This document shows positions 33,840 to 42,071 of a stretch of DNA of 57,193 nt, one piece after another. Origin of the DNA: Armatimonadia bacterium (GTDB lineage: Bacteria; Armatimonadota; Zipacnadia; UBA1398); NCBI GenBank assembly GCA_014730065.1, contig WJIW01000269.1, forward strand, positions 1-57,193, in the 5' to 3' direction. Both the position numbers and the translations under genes were made by a program. Numbering within the stretch: position 1 is the stretch's first letter; each line of letters begins with the position of its first letter. A model generated the notes under the pieces. The model did no database searches and had not been told where the DNA came from. It saw only the letters and a list, made by a program, of their open reading frames with translations.

Positions 33840-35420
33840 ATGTCCTCATCCCAGCAGGGAGCGGAGGACGGCTTCTTGACCGTACCAGGCGCAATCATCC
33901 AGGCCGGGCAGGATCACCAAGACCGCCCGGCCGTCATCTACGGCGATTCCCAGCTTACCTATGGAGACTTGACCAGGGCCATCGGCCGGGTGGCGGGATC
34001 GCTGGCCGAGCTGGGTATCCAGCCCGGTGACCGGGTAGCCCTCATCGGCCCCAACAGCCATCTGTACGTAGTCGCGTACCTGGCGATCATGCATGCGGGC
34101 GCGAGCGTGATCCCGGTGAACCCCATGCTCAAGCCCGACGAGGTCAGGTACATGTTCGCCGATGCCGAGGTGAAGGCGGCCATCGCCTTCGGCCCCTTGG
34201 CTAATCTGGTCGCGGCGGCGTCGCAGGGCCTCGATGATCCGCCCCAGCTCATCACTGTGGGCGAAAGCGACGTGCCCGGCGTCGCGGCTTTCGATCGCTG
34301 GCCTCTGGAAGGCCCCGAGGATTTCGATCCGCCCCAGGTCCCCCAGGACGAGGTCGCCGCCATTCTCTACACCGCGGGCACCACCGGCCGTCCCAAGGGC
34401 GCGATGCTCAGCCATCACAACCTGGTGTGGGACGCCGAGGCCTGCCGGCAGGCAATCGAGTTCACCACCGATGACCGGGTCTTGGCGGTGCTCCCAATGT
34501 TCCACAGCTACGCGGCCACCGTGGGGGTTGTTCTGCCCCTGACATGCGGTGCTTGCTGCGTGGCCCTGGATCGGTTCTCGCCCGCCGAGGTGGCGGCCAC
34601 GGTGCAGCGGGACAAGTGTACCGTCCTGCCTTGCGTGCCGGCCATGTGCGGGGCGCTGCTCCGGGCGGCCGACGAGCTGCCTCGCGGCGCCTTCGAGAGC
34701 CTGCGCATGGTGGCCAGCGGCGGCGCGCCCATGCCGGTCGCCCTGATGAAGGCCTTCGAGGAGCGGCTTGGGCTGATCGTGCTCGAGGGCGACGGCCCCA
34801 CGGAATGCAGCCCCGTATGCTCCGTCAACCCGCCCCAGGGCGTACGGAAGCCCGGCACCGTGGGCCCGCCCATCCCCGGTGTGGAGATGAAGATCGTCGA
34901 TGATGACGACACGGAGCTGCCGCCGGGTGAGGTGGGCGAGATCTGCGTCCGGGGACCCAATGTGATGCTGGGGTACCTGAACCAGCCCGAGGCGACGGCC
35001 GAGGCCATGAAGGGCGGCTGGTTCCATACGGGCGACCTGGGCCATGTGGACGAGGACGGCTACTTCAGTATCGTGGGCAGAAAGAAGGACATGGTCATCG
35101 TCGGCGGGCTCAACGTCTACCCGCGTGAGGTGGAGGAGGTCCTGTTGGCCCATCCCCATGTGCGGGAGGCGGCGGTGATCGGCGTCTACGATGACATCCG
35201 GGGCGAGAAGCTGAAGGCCTTCGTGATCCCCGAGGAGGGTGTCGCGCCCGAGCGGGCGGACATTCTCAGGCTTTGTCGGGAGAAGCTGGCGAACTTCAAA
35301 GTACCCAAGGAGATCGCCTTCATTGACGATCTACCCCGATCCCTGAAGGGCACGGTGCTCAAGCGGGAGCTTCGCGATTCCCACTCGGGCTCGGCGCCCT
35401 CAGGCGGGCAATCCAGCTAG
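33840..35420 (+). CDS. AMP-dependent acyl-CoA synthetase/ligase (long-chain fatty acid-CoA ligase-like)
   Basis: ILYTAGTTGRPKGAMLSHHNL is the AMP-binding motif. WFHTGDLGHVDEDGYFSIVGRKKDMVIVGGLNVYPREVE is the A8 region, and KVPKEIAFIDDLPRSLKGTVLKREL is the A10 Lys. Confidence 0.85.
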   Translation: MSSSQQGAEDGFLTVPGAIIQAGQDHQDRPAVIYGDSQLTYGDLTRAIGRVAGSLAELGIQPGDRVALIGPNSHLYVVAYLAIMHAGASVIPVNPMLKPDEVRYMFADAEVKAAIAFGPLANLVAAASQGLDDPPQLITVGESDVPGVAAFDRWPLEGPEDFDPPQVPQDEVAAILYTAGTTGRPKGAMLSHHNLVWDAEACRQAIEFTTDDRVLAVLPMFHSYAATVGVVLPLTCGACCVALDRFSPAEVAATVQRDKCTVLPCVPAMCGALLRAADELPRGAFESLRMVASGGAPMPVALMKAFEERLGLIVLEGDGPTECSPVCSVNPPQGVRKPGTVGPPIPGVEMKIVDDDDTELPPGEVGEICVRGPNVMLGYLNQPEATAEAMKGGWFHTGDLGHVDEDGYFSIVGRKKDMVIVGGLNVYPREVEEVLLAHPHVREAAVIGVYDDIRGEKLKAFVIPEEGVAPERADILRLCREKLANFKVPKEIAFIDDLPRSLKGTVLKRELRDSHSGSAPSGGQSS

Positions 35421-35432
35421 GAGGAGTTTGCT

Positions 35433-36032
35433 GTGAGGAATGGGTGGATGTGGATCGCGCTTATCGCGCTTGTGATGACGGCCGGACTGCTGGCCGTAGG
35501 GTGCCCCTCGGAGGAGGACACGGGCACGACGACAACGACCACTGCGCCGAGTACGCCGAAGACCGATACGGCTCCGGCGGACACCGGTGACGAAGAGCCC
35601 GGGACCGAGGAAGAGGGCACCACGGAGGAGGGTGGCGAGGACGAGCACGCCGGTCACGACCATGGCGAGGCCACCGAGGACGGGACCGAGGACGGCCCGA
35701 CGGCCGCTTCGCTTCACGAGGCGATGGAGAACACCATGGGCCCCGGCGCCCAGGCCATTCAGGCCGCCATTGCCGCCGAGGACATGGAGATGGTGAAGGC
35801 GGAGGCCGAGAAGATCCGTACTGCCGCCGAGGCCGCCCCCGACCTGCCGGGCGCGCCGACGGACCAGGATCAGCTCGACGAGTTCACCGGCTATGCCGAG
35901 GACTTGGTGGCCGATGCCACGACCCTGATCGAGGCTGCCGACGCCGGCGATGTGGACAAGGTCACCGAGGCCGCGAACGCGGTCAAGGATGGCTGCAAGA
36001 CGTGTCACGACGTGTTCCGTACCGAGGAGTAG
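35433..36032 (+). CDS. Lipoprotein with a C-terminal cytochrome c'-like (class II cytochrome c) four-helix domain
   Basis: The GTG at 35433 lies 8 nt after AGGAGG. Lipobox LLAVGC. Thr/Glu-rich linker with HAGHDHGE. A helical C-terminal region ends with a single CKTCH (CxxCH) about 15 residues from the C-terminus, the position characteristic of cytochrome c'. Confidence 0.55.
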   Translation: MRNGWMWIALIALVMTAGLLAVGCPSEEDTGTTTTTTAPSTPKTDTAPADTGDEEPGTEEEGTTEEGGEDEHAGHDHGEATEDGTEDGPTAASLHEAMENTMGPGAQAIQAAIAAEDMEMVKAEAEKIRTAAEAAPDLPGAPTDQDQLDEFTGYAEDLVADATTLIEAADAGDVDKVTEAANAVKDGCKTCHDVFRTEE

Positions 36033-36062
36033 TCGCGAGAGTCCACGACCCGCGAACAGGAG

Positions 36063-37139
36063 ATGATCCCAGTGGCGAGCTTGTTCGGCAAGGAATACAC
36101 CAAGGACCAGCTTCTGGAGCGCTGCGGCAGCGTCGACCAGTTCGGCCGCATCCGTGTGGCGGAGCTGGCCGATGGGCGGGCTCGCGGCGTGCGGGTCGCG
36201 GACATAAGCACGGGCTCGGGGCTGGAGATCCAGGCGGCGCTTGACCGCTGCCTGGATCTCACCCACGGTAGCTACAAGGGCGTGCCGCTGTGCTGGCGCT
36301 CCTCCGTGGGCGACACCCACCCCACCTTCTATGAGCCCGAGGGCGCCGGCTGGCTGCGCACCTTCCCGGGCGGCATCCTAGCCACATGCGGCCTCACCCA
36401 AGTGGGCGCGCCCAACGAGGACGAGGGCGAGGAGCTGGGCGTCCATGGCCGCATCGGCGCCGCACCGGCCGCCCGAGTCTCCCTAAGCGAGGGCTGGGAG
36501 GGGAACGACTACGTCATGTCCGTCTCCGGCGAGCTGAAGGAGACGGTCGTTTTCGGTCCGCATCTGGTGCTCTGCCGGAAGCTCTCCACGAAGCTCGGCA
36601 GCCGCACCGTCACCATCGAGGACCGCATCGAGAACCGGGGCCACAAGACCCAGCCGCTGATGATCTTGTACCACTTCAACATCGGCTGGCCCATCGTCTC
36701 AGAGCAGGGCGAGCTGGTGGCGCCGACGGACACGGTCACCCCGCGGGACGAGGACGCCGCTCCCCACGTGGGACGATGCACCCGGTTTGAGCCCCCCGCC
36801 GACGAGTTCCCAGAGCAGGTGTTCTATCACGACCTTAAGGCCGACGGGCAGGGCAAGACCGTGGTCGGCCTGGTGAACGACGAGCTGGGGCTGGGCGTCA
36901 CCTTGCGCTACGCCAAGGCGGAGCTGCCCTTCTTCAACCAGTGGAAGATGAACGAGAAGGGTCACTACGTGTGTGGCATCGAGCCCGCCAACTGCCGGGT
37001 GAAGGGCCGGGCGGACGCTCGGGCCCAGGGTGAGCTGGAGTTCATCGAGCCGGGCCAGACGCGCTCCATAACCGTGGACTTCTCGGTGATCGAAGACGCG
37101 GAGCTGGACGCGCTGCGGTCCGAGGTAGAGGGGCTGTAG
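36063..37139 (+). CDS. DUF4432 / aldose 1-epimerase-like family protein
   Basis: LFGKEYTKDQLLERCGSVDQFGRIRVAELADGRARGVRVADISTGSGLEIQAALDRCLDL...FPGGILATCGLTQVGAPNEDEGEELGVHGRIGAAPA matches the DUF4432 N-terminal pattern. The start may instead be the GTG at 36072, which is better spaced from GGAG at 36059-36062. Confidence 0.72.
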   Translation: MIPVASLFGKEYTKDQLLERCGSVDQFGRIRVAELADGRARGVRVADISTGSGLEIQAALDRCLDLTHGSYKGVPLCWRSSVGDTHPTFYEPEGAGWLRTFPGGILATCGLTQVGAPNEDEGEELGVHGRIGAAPAARVSLSEGWEGNDYVMSVSGELKETVVFGPHLVLCRKLSTKLGSRTVTIEDRIENRGHKTQPLMILYHFNIGWPIVSEQGELVAPTDTVTPRDEDAAPHVGRCTRFEPPADEFPEQVFYHDLKADGQGKTVVGLVNDELGLGVTLRYAKAELPFFNQWKMNEKGHYVCGIEPANCRVKGRADARAQGELEFIEPGQTRSITVDFSVIEDAELDALRSEVEGL

Positions 37140-37221
37140 GGCGCTGTCGATCCGGTCCACACGAGCGAGGGGCCAGGGCGGGTCGCCCGCGGTCAACGCC
37201 TATATCGAGGCGTTCCATGAG

Positions 37222-38907
37222 TTGAAGCAGGGCCTCGTCGCCGAGGGGCTCGCCGCGGCCGAGGCGGCGAAGCTGCTGCTGAGGCTTTCGTACGAGCGTC
37301 TGCTGGGGCGCGGCCAGGGCGTGGGCTCATCGCCCGCCGTTGCCGCCCGCTTCGATGAGCTGCGCTGGTCGGTGGAGCCCGCCGAGGACGCGGTAACCCC
37401 CGACCACCTCGGCGCCGTCGCTATGCTGGGCGCTGATCAACGGCGCCAGGGCGTGTACTACACTCCCGCCGACGTGGCCGAGTACGTCGCCGAGCACTGC
37501 ATCGCCGGGGCCCTCGGGGCCCAACCCAAGGATGGCCAACCCCCGACTCTGGGAGGTCTGCTCGATACAGCAGACCGCGACCGGCTGCGTGAGCGCGTGT
37601 CGCGTCTCCGGGTGCTGGACCCGACGGCGGGCTCGGGCGCCTTCCTGGTGCCGGCTCTGCACGTACTGGTGAGGATCCTGGCTCACCTCGACCCCGAGAC
37701 CCCACCCGGTGAGCACGCGCGGCGCGTTGCGGCTGACCAGCTTGCCGGCTGGGAGATCATGCCCGAGGCCGTGGAGGCGTGCCGGCTGCGGCTGATGCTT
37801 GAAGTGGTGAGGCTGGACGGGGAGCCGGACGTTCCCCTCGGCGTGGAGCATCTGGATGTGGCTGACGGTCCCGCGCCACCGACGCCGCCCTTCCAGGTCA
37901 TCGTGGGCAACCCGCCGTACGTGGAGCAGCGGCGTAGCGGAGGGGCTACGCCCGGAGCGCGGGCGGGCAACCTGGCGGGCGTGGTACTGGAGCGCTCCCT
38001 GGCGCTTCTCGAAGATCGGGGCTGGCTGGGGATGGTGCTGCCCGTGGGACTCATCAGCGCGGGACGTGCGGCCGAGCTCCGCACGGAGCTTAGGGATCAG
38101 TGCACCATCTGGGCCAGCTCCTTCTCCAACCGCCCGGCCAAGCTCATCCCGCAGGTGGAGCAGCGACACACGGTGCTGCTGGCCGAGCGGGATGGCAACC
38201 CGGGGCGGGTGAGCCACTCGGCCGGCTATCATCACTTCACGGCGGCGGAGCGGCCCAAGGTGATGGAGCACCTGGCTTACGTCGCGGTGCCCGACGCCCT
38301 ATCGCCCGATGTGCTGGCCAAGATCTCGGGCCCGGTCCACCGGAGCATCATCGAAGCCCTCGCTGGCGCGGAGGCGGTGGATCCCGATCCGGGCGGCCCG
38401 TGGCGTCTGTACTTCCATGACGGCCCTACGTACTGGATCCGCGCCCTCAACTTCCCACCGAACCGGGGGTCGAGCCGGCCCATCTCCAGCCACTACCAGA
38501 CCTTGGGCCTGCCTTTCGCGGCGGAGCGCGACCACCGTGTCGGGGTGCTCAGTTCGAGTCTCTTCTACCTCCATTTCAAGACCTTCTCGAACTGCCGCGA
38601 CCTGACTCGGGCGGACCTGGCCAGGTTCCCCTTCCTATCGCCGACGGCCGAGGTCGTCGAGCTGACCGGTGAGCTGATGGCCATCTACCGGTCCACGGCG
38701 AAGGTCCGGGCCCGGCGCTACCCGTCCGGGCGAGTGGAGTACGACGAGTACTATCCCGCGGCCAGCAAGCCGGTCATCGACGAGATCGACCGGGCGCTGG
38801 GGGCCCAGTACGGCCTGTCGGCGGAGCAGATCGCCTTCGTGATCGGGTATGATGGAGATTACCGAATGAGCGGACGAGGAGGGGTACGCCGTCGGTGCGG
38901 CCAATAG
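37222..38907 (+). CDS. Gamma-class N6-adenine DNA methyltransferase (Eco57I/TaqI-like, with C-terminal target-recognition domain)
   Basis: GVYYTPADVAEYV is motif X, LRVLDPTAGSGAFLV is motif I, and FQVIVGNPPYVEQRR is motif IV (NPPY). The C-terminal ...EQIAFVIGYDGDYRM tail is typical of this family. The first canonical start in frame is the TTG at 37222. The frame is open back to the TAG at 37126-37128. Confidence 0.78.
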   Translation: MKQGLVAEGLAAAEAAKLLLRLSYERLLGRGQGVGSSPAVAARFDELRWSVEPAEDAVTPDHLGAVAMLGADQRRQGVYYTPADVAEYVAEHCIAGALGAQPKDGQPPTLGGLLDTADRDRLRERVSRLRVLDPTAGSGAFLVPALHVLVRILAHLDPETPPGEHARRVAADQLAGWEIMPEAVEACRLRLMLEVVRLDGEPDVPLGVEHLDVADGPAPPTPPFQVIVGNPPYVEQRRSGGATPGARAGNLAGVVLERSLALLEDRGWLGMVLPVGLISAGRAAELRTELRDQCTIWASSFSNRPAKLIPQVEQRHTVLLAERDGNPGRVSHSAGYHHFTAAERPKVMEHLAYVAVPDALSPDVLAKISGPVHRSIIEALAGAEAVDPDPGGPWRLYFHDGPTYWIRALNFPPNRGSSRPISSHYQTLGLPFAAERDHRVGVLSSSLFYLHFKTFSNCRDLTRADLARFPFLSPTAEVVELTGELMAIYRSTAKVRARRYPSGRVEYDEYYPAASKPVIDEIDRALGAQYGLSAEQIAFVIGYDGDYRMSGRGGVRRRCGQ

Positions 38908-38945
38908 GTCTTGCTCCGCCGGCGTAGGCGCGGGCTGTCGACGAG

Positions 38946-40061
38946 GTGACCGGATTGCACAGAACACTCTCCCGGTGGGTTCTGATCGGGGCGCTCCTGC
39001 TCCCCGGCTCCGCCCTGTGCGACCAGGATCAGCCGCCGCCTCTGTTCCCTCCCACGGAGAAGTTCCTGAGTCTGGACATCCAGCGGTGGATGCTGCCCCT
39101 GGTGGAGTCCTGGATCCCCAACGAGGGCGTGGAGCGGATCATCCGGTACATCGAGGAGATGCCGGGGGACGTTAAGGTCAAGCTCTTCCATACCCAGGGA
39201 CACCCCAAGCCCACGCCGCGTGAGATCCACGACTTCTACCAACGGTGGGCCGATGAGGCGGGCTATCGGCTAGTTGTGGAGGTCCGCCACGGCGATCCCC
39301 CTCCGCCCTACTGGCCCGAGGAGAACGACCGGCCCTACCAATCGCCCGAGCGGTGGATCGACTACGACCCCGATGAGTACTACTGGGTCGATGCCTACCA
39401 CCGGCCCTCACCCGAGGGCGGCGTGTTCGTCTGGGTGTGGCAGAACCACGAGCTCTTCTGGTTCTGGGTCGAAGGGTATATCCCCATCGGGCCCGTGCTG
39501 GGGGAGTTCCTGGGCGTGCCGCGCGGACCCGTGGACGCCGAGCCGCCCACCGAAGTAGGCCCCATGGAGGAGCTTTCCTTCGAGCTGCCCCGTAGCGACT
39601 TCTTCGTGCGAGTGCGTCTGGGCAGTTACGAGATTGAGCGCGTGGCCGCCGATCTGGGTCTCCGAGCCGAGGAGGCAAGCGACGAGGCTGACGCGGCAGA
39701 GGTTGACGAGGGGGTCATGGAGGCGCTTCTCTCGGTGGCGCCGGACCTTCTGAAGCCCGTGCGGGCTGCCGTGTCCTACACCTACGAAGGCAGCCGTGCC
39801 GAGCGCGAGGCCAGCCTCACGCCTTGGCATCTGTGGCGAGCGGAGCGGAAGTGGCCCAGGCTGGGTGAGGGAACGTGGGGCCGGGCCGAGGTGGCCGTCT
39901 GGGCGGCGTCGGGGCCCCGGGGCGGCGCTATGATCATCTTCCACATCGCCGACACGTCGACCGTCGTCGTCCTCGACGGCGGGCCCAACCTGCTCGCCCT
40001 GTTCCCTGTTCTGACCAAGATCAGCGAGGGGGCCGATGCCGAGGGAGCGATCCTACGGTGA
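38946..40061 (+). CDS. Hypothetical secreted protein
   Basis: The GTG at 38946 gives a signal-like N-terminus RWVLIGALLLPGSALC. The protein is Trp/Tyr/Pro-rich with no recognisable motif. Its stop overlaps the start of the downstream peptidase gene. Confidence 0.5.
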   Translation: MTGLHRTLSRWVLIGALLLPGSALCDQDQPPPLFPPTEKFLSLDIQRWMLPLVESWIPNEGVERIIRYIEEMPGDVKVKLFHTQGHPKPTPREIHDFYQRWADEAGYRLVVEVRHGDPPPPYWPEENDRPYQSPERWIDYDPDEYYWVDAYHRPSPEGGVFVWVWQNHELFWFWVEGYIPIGPVLGEFLGVPRGPVDAEPPTEVGPMEELSFELPRSDFFVRVRLGSYEIERVAADLGLRAEEASDEADAAEVDEGVMEALLSVAPDLLKPVRAAVSYTYEGSRAEREASLTPWHLWRAERKWPRLGEGTWGRAEVAVWAASGPRGGAMIIFHIADTSTVVVLDGGPNLLALFPVLTKISEGADAEGAILR

Positions 40062-40732
40062 GCGTCTGGGAGCGATCGGTACTGGGCCATTCGGTGAACG
40101 GCTCGCCGGTGCGGGCGGCGGCGGCGGGTAAGGGGCCGCCGGGGCTGATCCTGGGCGGCACCCATGGCGATGAGCCGGCGTCCACCTACTGCGTCCAGCG
40201 GCTGATGGAGCACCCAACGATGGAGCGCGTGCTCCAGGCCGTGCGGCTGACAGTTGTCGATACGGTCAATCCCGACGGCCTGGCCGCGGGCACCCGGCAC
40301 AACGCCCGCCGGGTGGACATCAACCGCAACTTCCCAACGGAGAACTGGGTGCCCGATGAGCACAACCCTGAGTACGCGCCGGGGCCCGAGCCAGTGTCGG
40401 AGCCGGAGACGCGCATCCTGGTGAAGCTGCTCGAAGATCTGGATCCGCGGTTTGTCCTGACGCTCCACGCGCCTCTAGCGGTGGTCAACTACGACGGGCC
40501 CGCCGAGGATTTGGCGAAGGCCATCGCTGAGGTTAACGGGTACCCGGTAAGCGGGGACATCGGCTACCCTACGCCCGGGTCCTTCGGAACCTACGCGGGC
40601 GTGGAGCGTGCCATCCCCACGGTGACCCTGGAGCTGGGTCCGGGGGATGGACCGGAGGAGTGGGCGATCAGCGGCGAGGCGATGGTGGCGGGCCTGCTCC
40701 GGGCGGCGTCTCAGGCGGGGGCAGGGGACTGA
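40058..40732 (+). CDS. M14-family zinc carboxypeptidase-like murein peptide amidase (MpaA-like)
   Basis: The GTG at 40058 overlaps the upstream stop (GTGA). LILGGTHGDEPAS is the HxxE zinc site. The sequence also has VNPDG, RVDINRNFP and SEPETRIL..LHAP. The size of about 224 aa fits the MpaA subfamily. Confidence 0.72.
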   Translation: MSVWERSVLGHSVNGSPVRAAAAGKGPPGLILGGTHGDEPASTYCVQRLMEHPTMERVLQAVRLTVVDTVNPDGLAAGTRHNARRVDINRNFPTENWVPDEHNPEYAPGPEPVSEPETRILVKLLEDLDPRFVLTLHAPLAVVNYDGPAEDLAKAIAEVNGYPVSGDIGYPTPGSFGTYAGVERAIPTVTLELGPGDGPEEWAISGEAMVAGLLRAASQAGAGD

Positions 40733-40759
40733 GCCCCCCACCCCGCGCCACGGCCGGCT

Positions 40760-41956
40760 CTACTCGTCGTACTGGGGCTTCTTCTTGCCACACTTGAGTA
40801 GGGCGCGCTTGACCTTGATGTAGTACTTGTAGTTCTCCAGGCTCACGTCGGCGGGTACGCGGTGGTCCACGGTGGGGATGAAGCCGCCTTCCTCCACCAC
40901 GGGCCTGAGCCGCTCCAGCTCGGCGTCGATGGCCGCGGGACCCTCGGCCAGCTTGCGCTTACACACGCCGCCCACCATCAGCAGATCGGTCCCGAACTTC
41001 TCGCGCATCTCGACGGGATCCGACCCTCCCGCGACTTCGACGGGGAACATGCAGTTGATCCCGCCGCGCAGGAAGTGGGGGATGATGGGCACGATGTTGC
41101 CATCGCAATCAGTCCACGAGATGTGGCAGCCATGCTTGGCCAGCAGGTCGGTGATCCGCTCGTACCTGGGCACGATCCACTCATCGAAGAACTTGGGCGA
41201 GATGATGGGCCCGCTGTTGAAGCAGATGTCTTCCCAGCCGGCGCCGAAGTCGAACTCCACGTCCTTCAGGGCTCGCTCCAGCACGCCGCAGACGAGGGTG
41301 CAGAGCTTCTCGATGATCTCCTCCAGGAGACCCGGATCGTCGTAGCACATCATGGCGATGTTCTCGAAGCCGATCCAGTTCCGGGGCACGCCGATCATGG
41401 AGCCGATGGGGATGGCTAGCGGGTAGTCCCGCTGGTTGTAGCGGGCAGCCAGCTCGTCCCAGTTCTCGGGGTACCGCCCCGGGGCGTCGGGGTCGAGCTT
41501 GTCCACCCACTCCTTCCAGTCCTCGCGGGTCTTGAGGCCGAAGTCGATGTAGTGGGGGATGGACCGGTGGCCCTTCTTGTTGATCTCATAGGTGCATCGG
41601 CTGGCGTCCCGGACGACGATGCGCTCCTCGTCTTCCCGAAGCACCTCTTGGGCGAATCCGGGCAGCAAGCCGGTGTTGATGGGTGCCGTGTGCCAGTTTT
41701 CGATGCCGAAGTACTCGTACGCGGCCGCTTCGTTGTTGACCTCGGGGGGGAGGCCCTGGGCGTGCCATTCGGACAGGGTGGCGTCCCAATACCCGAACTC
41801 GAAGAAGGGGATGCGGTCCACCCTTTGGTACTGCATGGTCCTGCGGAACCGGTCGCGGAGGGTCAAGCCGTCCTCGCCGCCCACAACGGTCAGGGTTGAC
41901 GGATCGACCTTCGCCTTTTGAAGAGCCTCGATCTCCTCGAGATCCAAGCGACTCAC
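40760..41956 (-). CDS. Uroporphyrinogen decarboxylase (URO-D) superfamily protein (MtaA/CmuA-like, function unknown)
   Basis: The TIM-barrel pattern VDRIPFFEFGYW...WEDICFNSGPIISPKFFDEWIVPRYERITDLL...SWTDCDGNIVPIIPHFLRGGINCMFPVEVAGG...LLMVGGVCKRKL resembles URO-D-family paralogues common in glycan-degrading bacteria. Confidence 0.55.
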   Translation of the reverse strand: MSRLDLEEIEALQKAKVDPSTLTVVGGEDGLTLRDRFRRTMQYQRVDRIPFFEFGYWDATLSEWHAQGLPPEVNNEAAAYEYFGIENWHTAPINTGLLPGFAQEVLREDEERIVVRDASRCTYEINKKGHRSIPHYIDFGLKTREDWKEWVDKLDPDAPGRYPENWDELAARYNQRDYPLAIPIGSMIGVPRNWIGFENIAMMCYDDPGLLEEIIEKLCTLVCGVLERALKDVEFDFGAGWEDICFNSGPIISPKFFDEWIVPRYERITDLLAKHGCHISWTDCDGNIVPIIPHFLRGGINCMFPVEVAGGSDPVEMREKFGTDLLMVGGVCKRKLAEGPAAIDAELERLRPVVEEGGFIPTVDHRVPADVSLENYKYYIKVKRALLKCGKKKPQYDE

Positions 41957-42071
41957 CTCACTGGATTAGAATGCACCCCTTCGGGTTCGCGAGGGAGGGC
42001 TGGCTCCCTTCTCCCCCGGTCGCGCAGGTATCGGGGGCGCTGGACGTGTATTCCCCTAGGGACGGGGGTAT

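Noticed and set aside
37222-38907. The methyltransferase as part of a BREX, DISARM, Type I or Type III system
   Set aside because: At 561 aa it is far shorter than PglX-type proteins. No helicase, specificity, restriction, phosphatase or ATPase genes are on either side. The neighbours are metabolic or secreted-protein genes.
41957-42071. CCCCTTCGGG-type hairpin in the URO-D / membrane-protein divergent spacer as a further copy of the 31.5-kb repeat
   Set aside because: It shares only the generic C-rich/TTCG/G-rich hairpin core. The flanks do not align with the 42-nt repeat.
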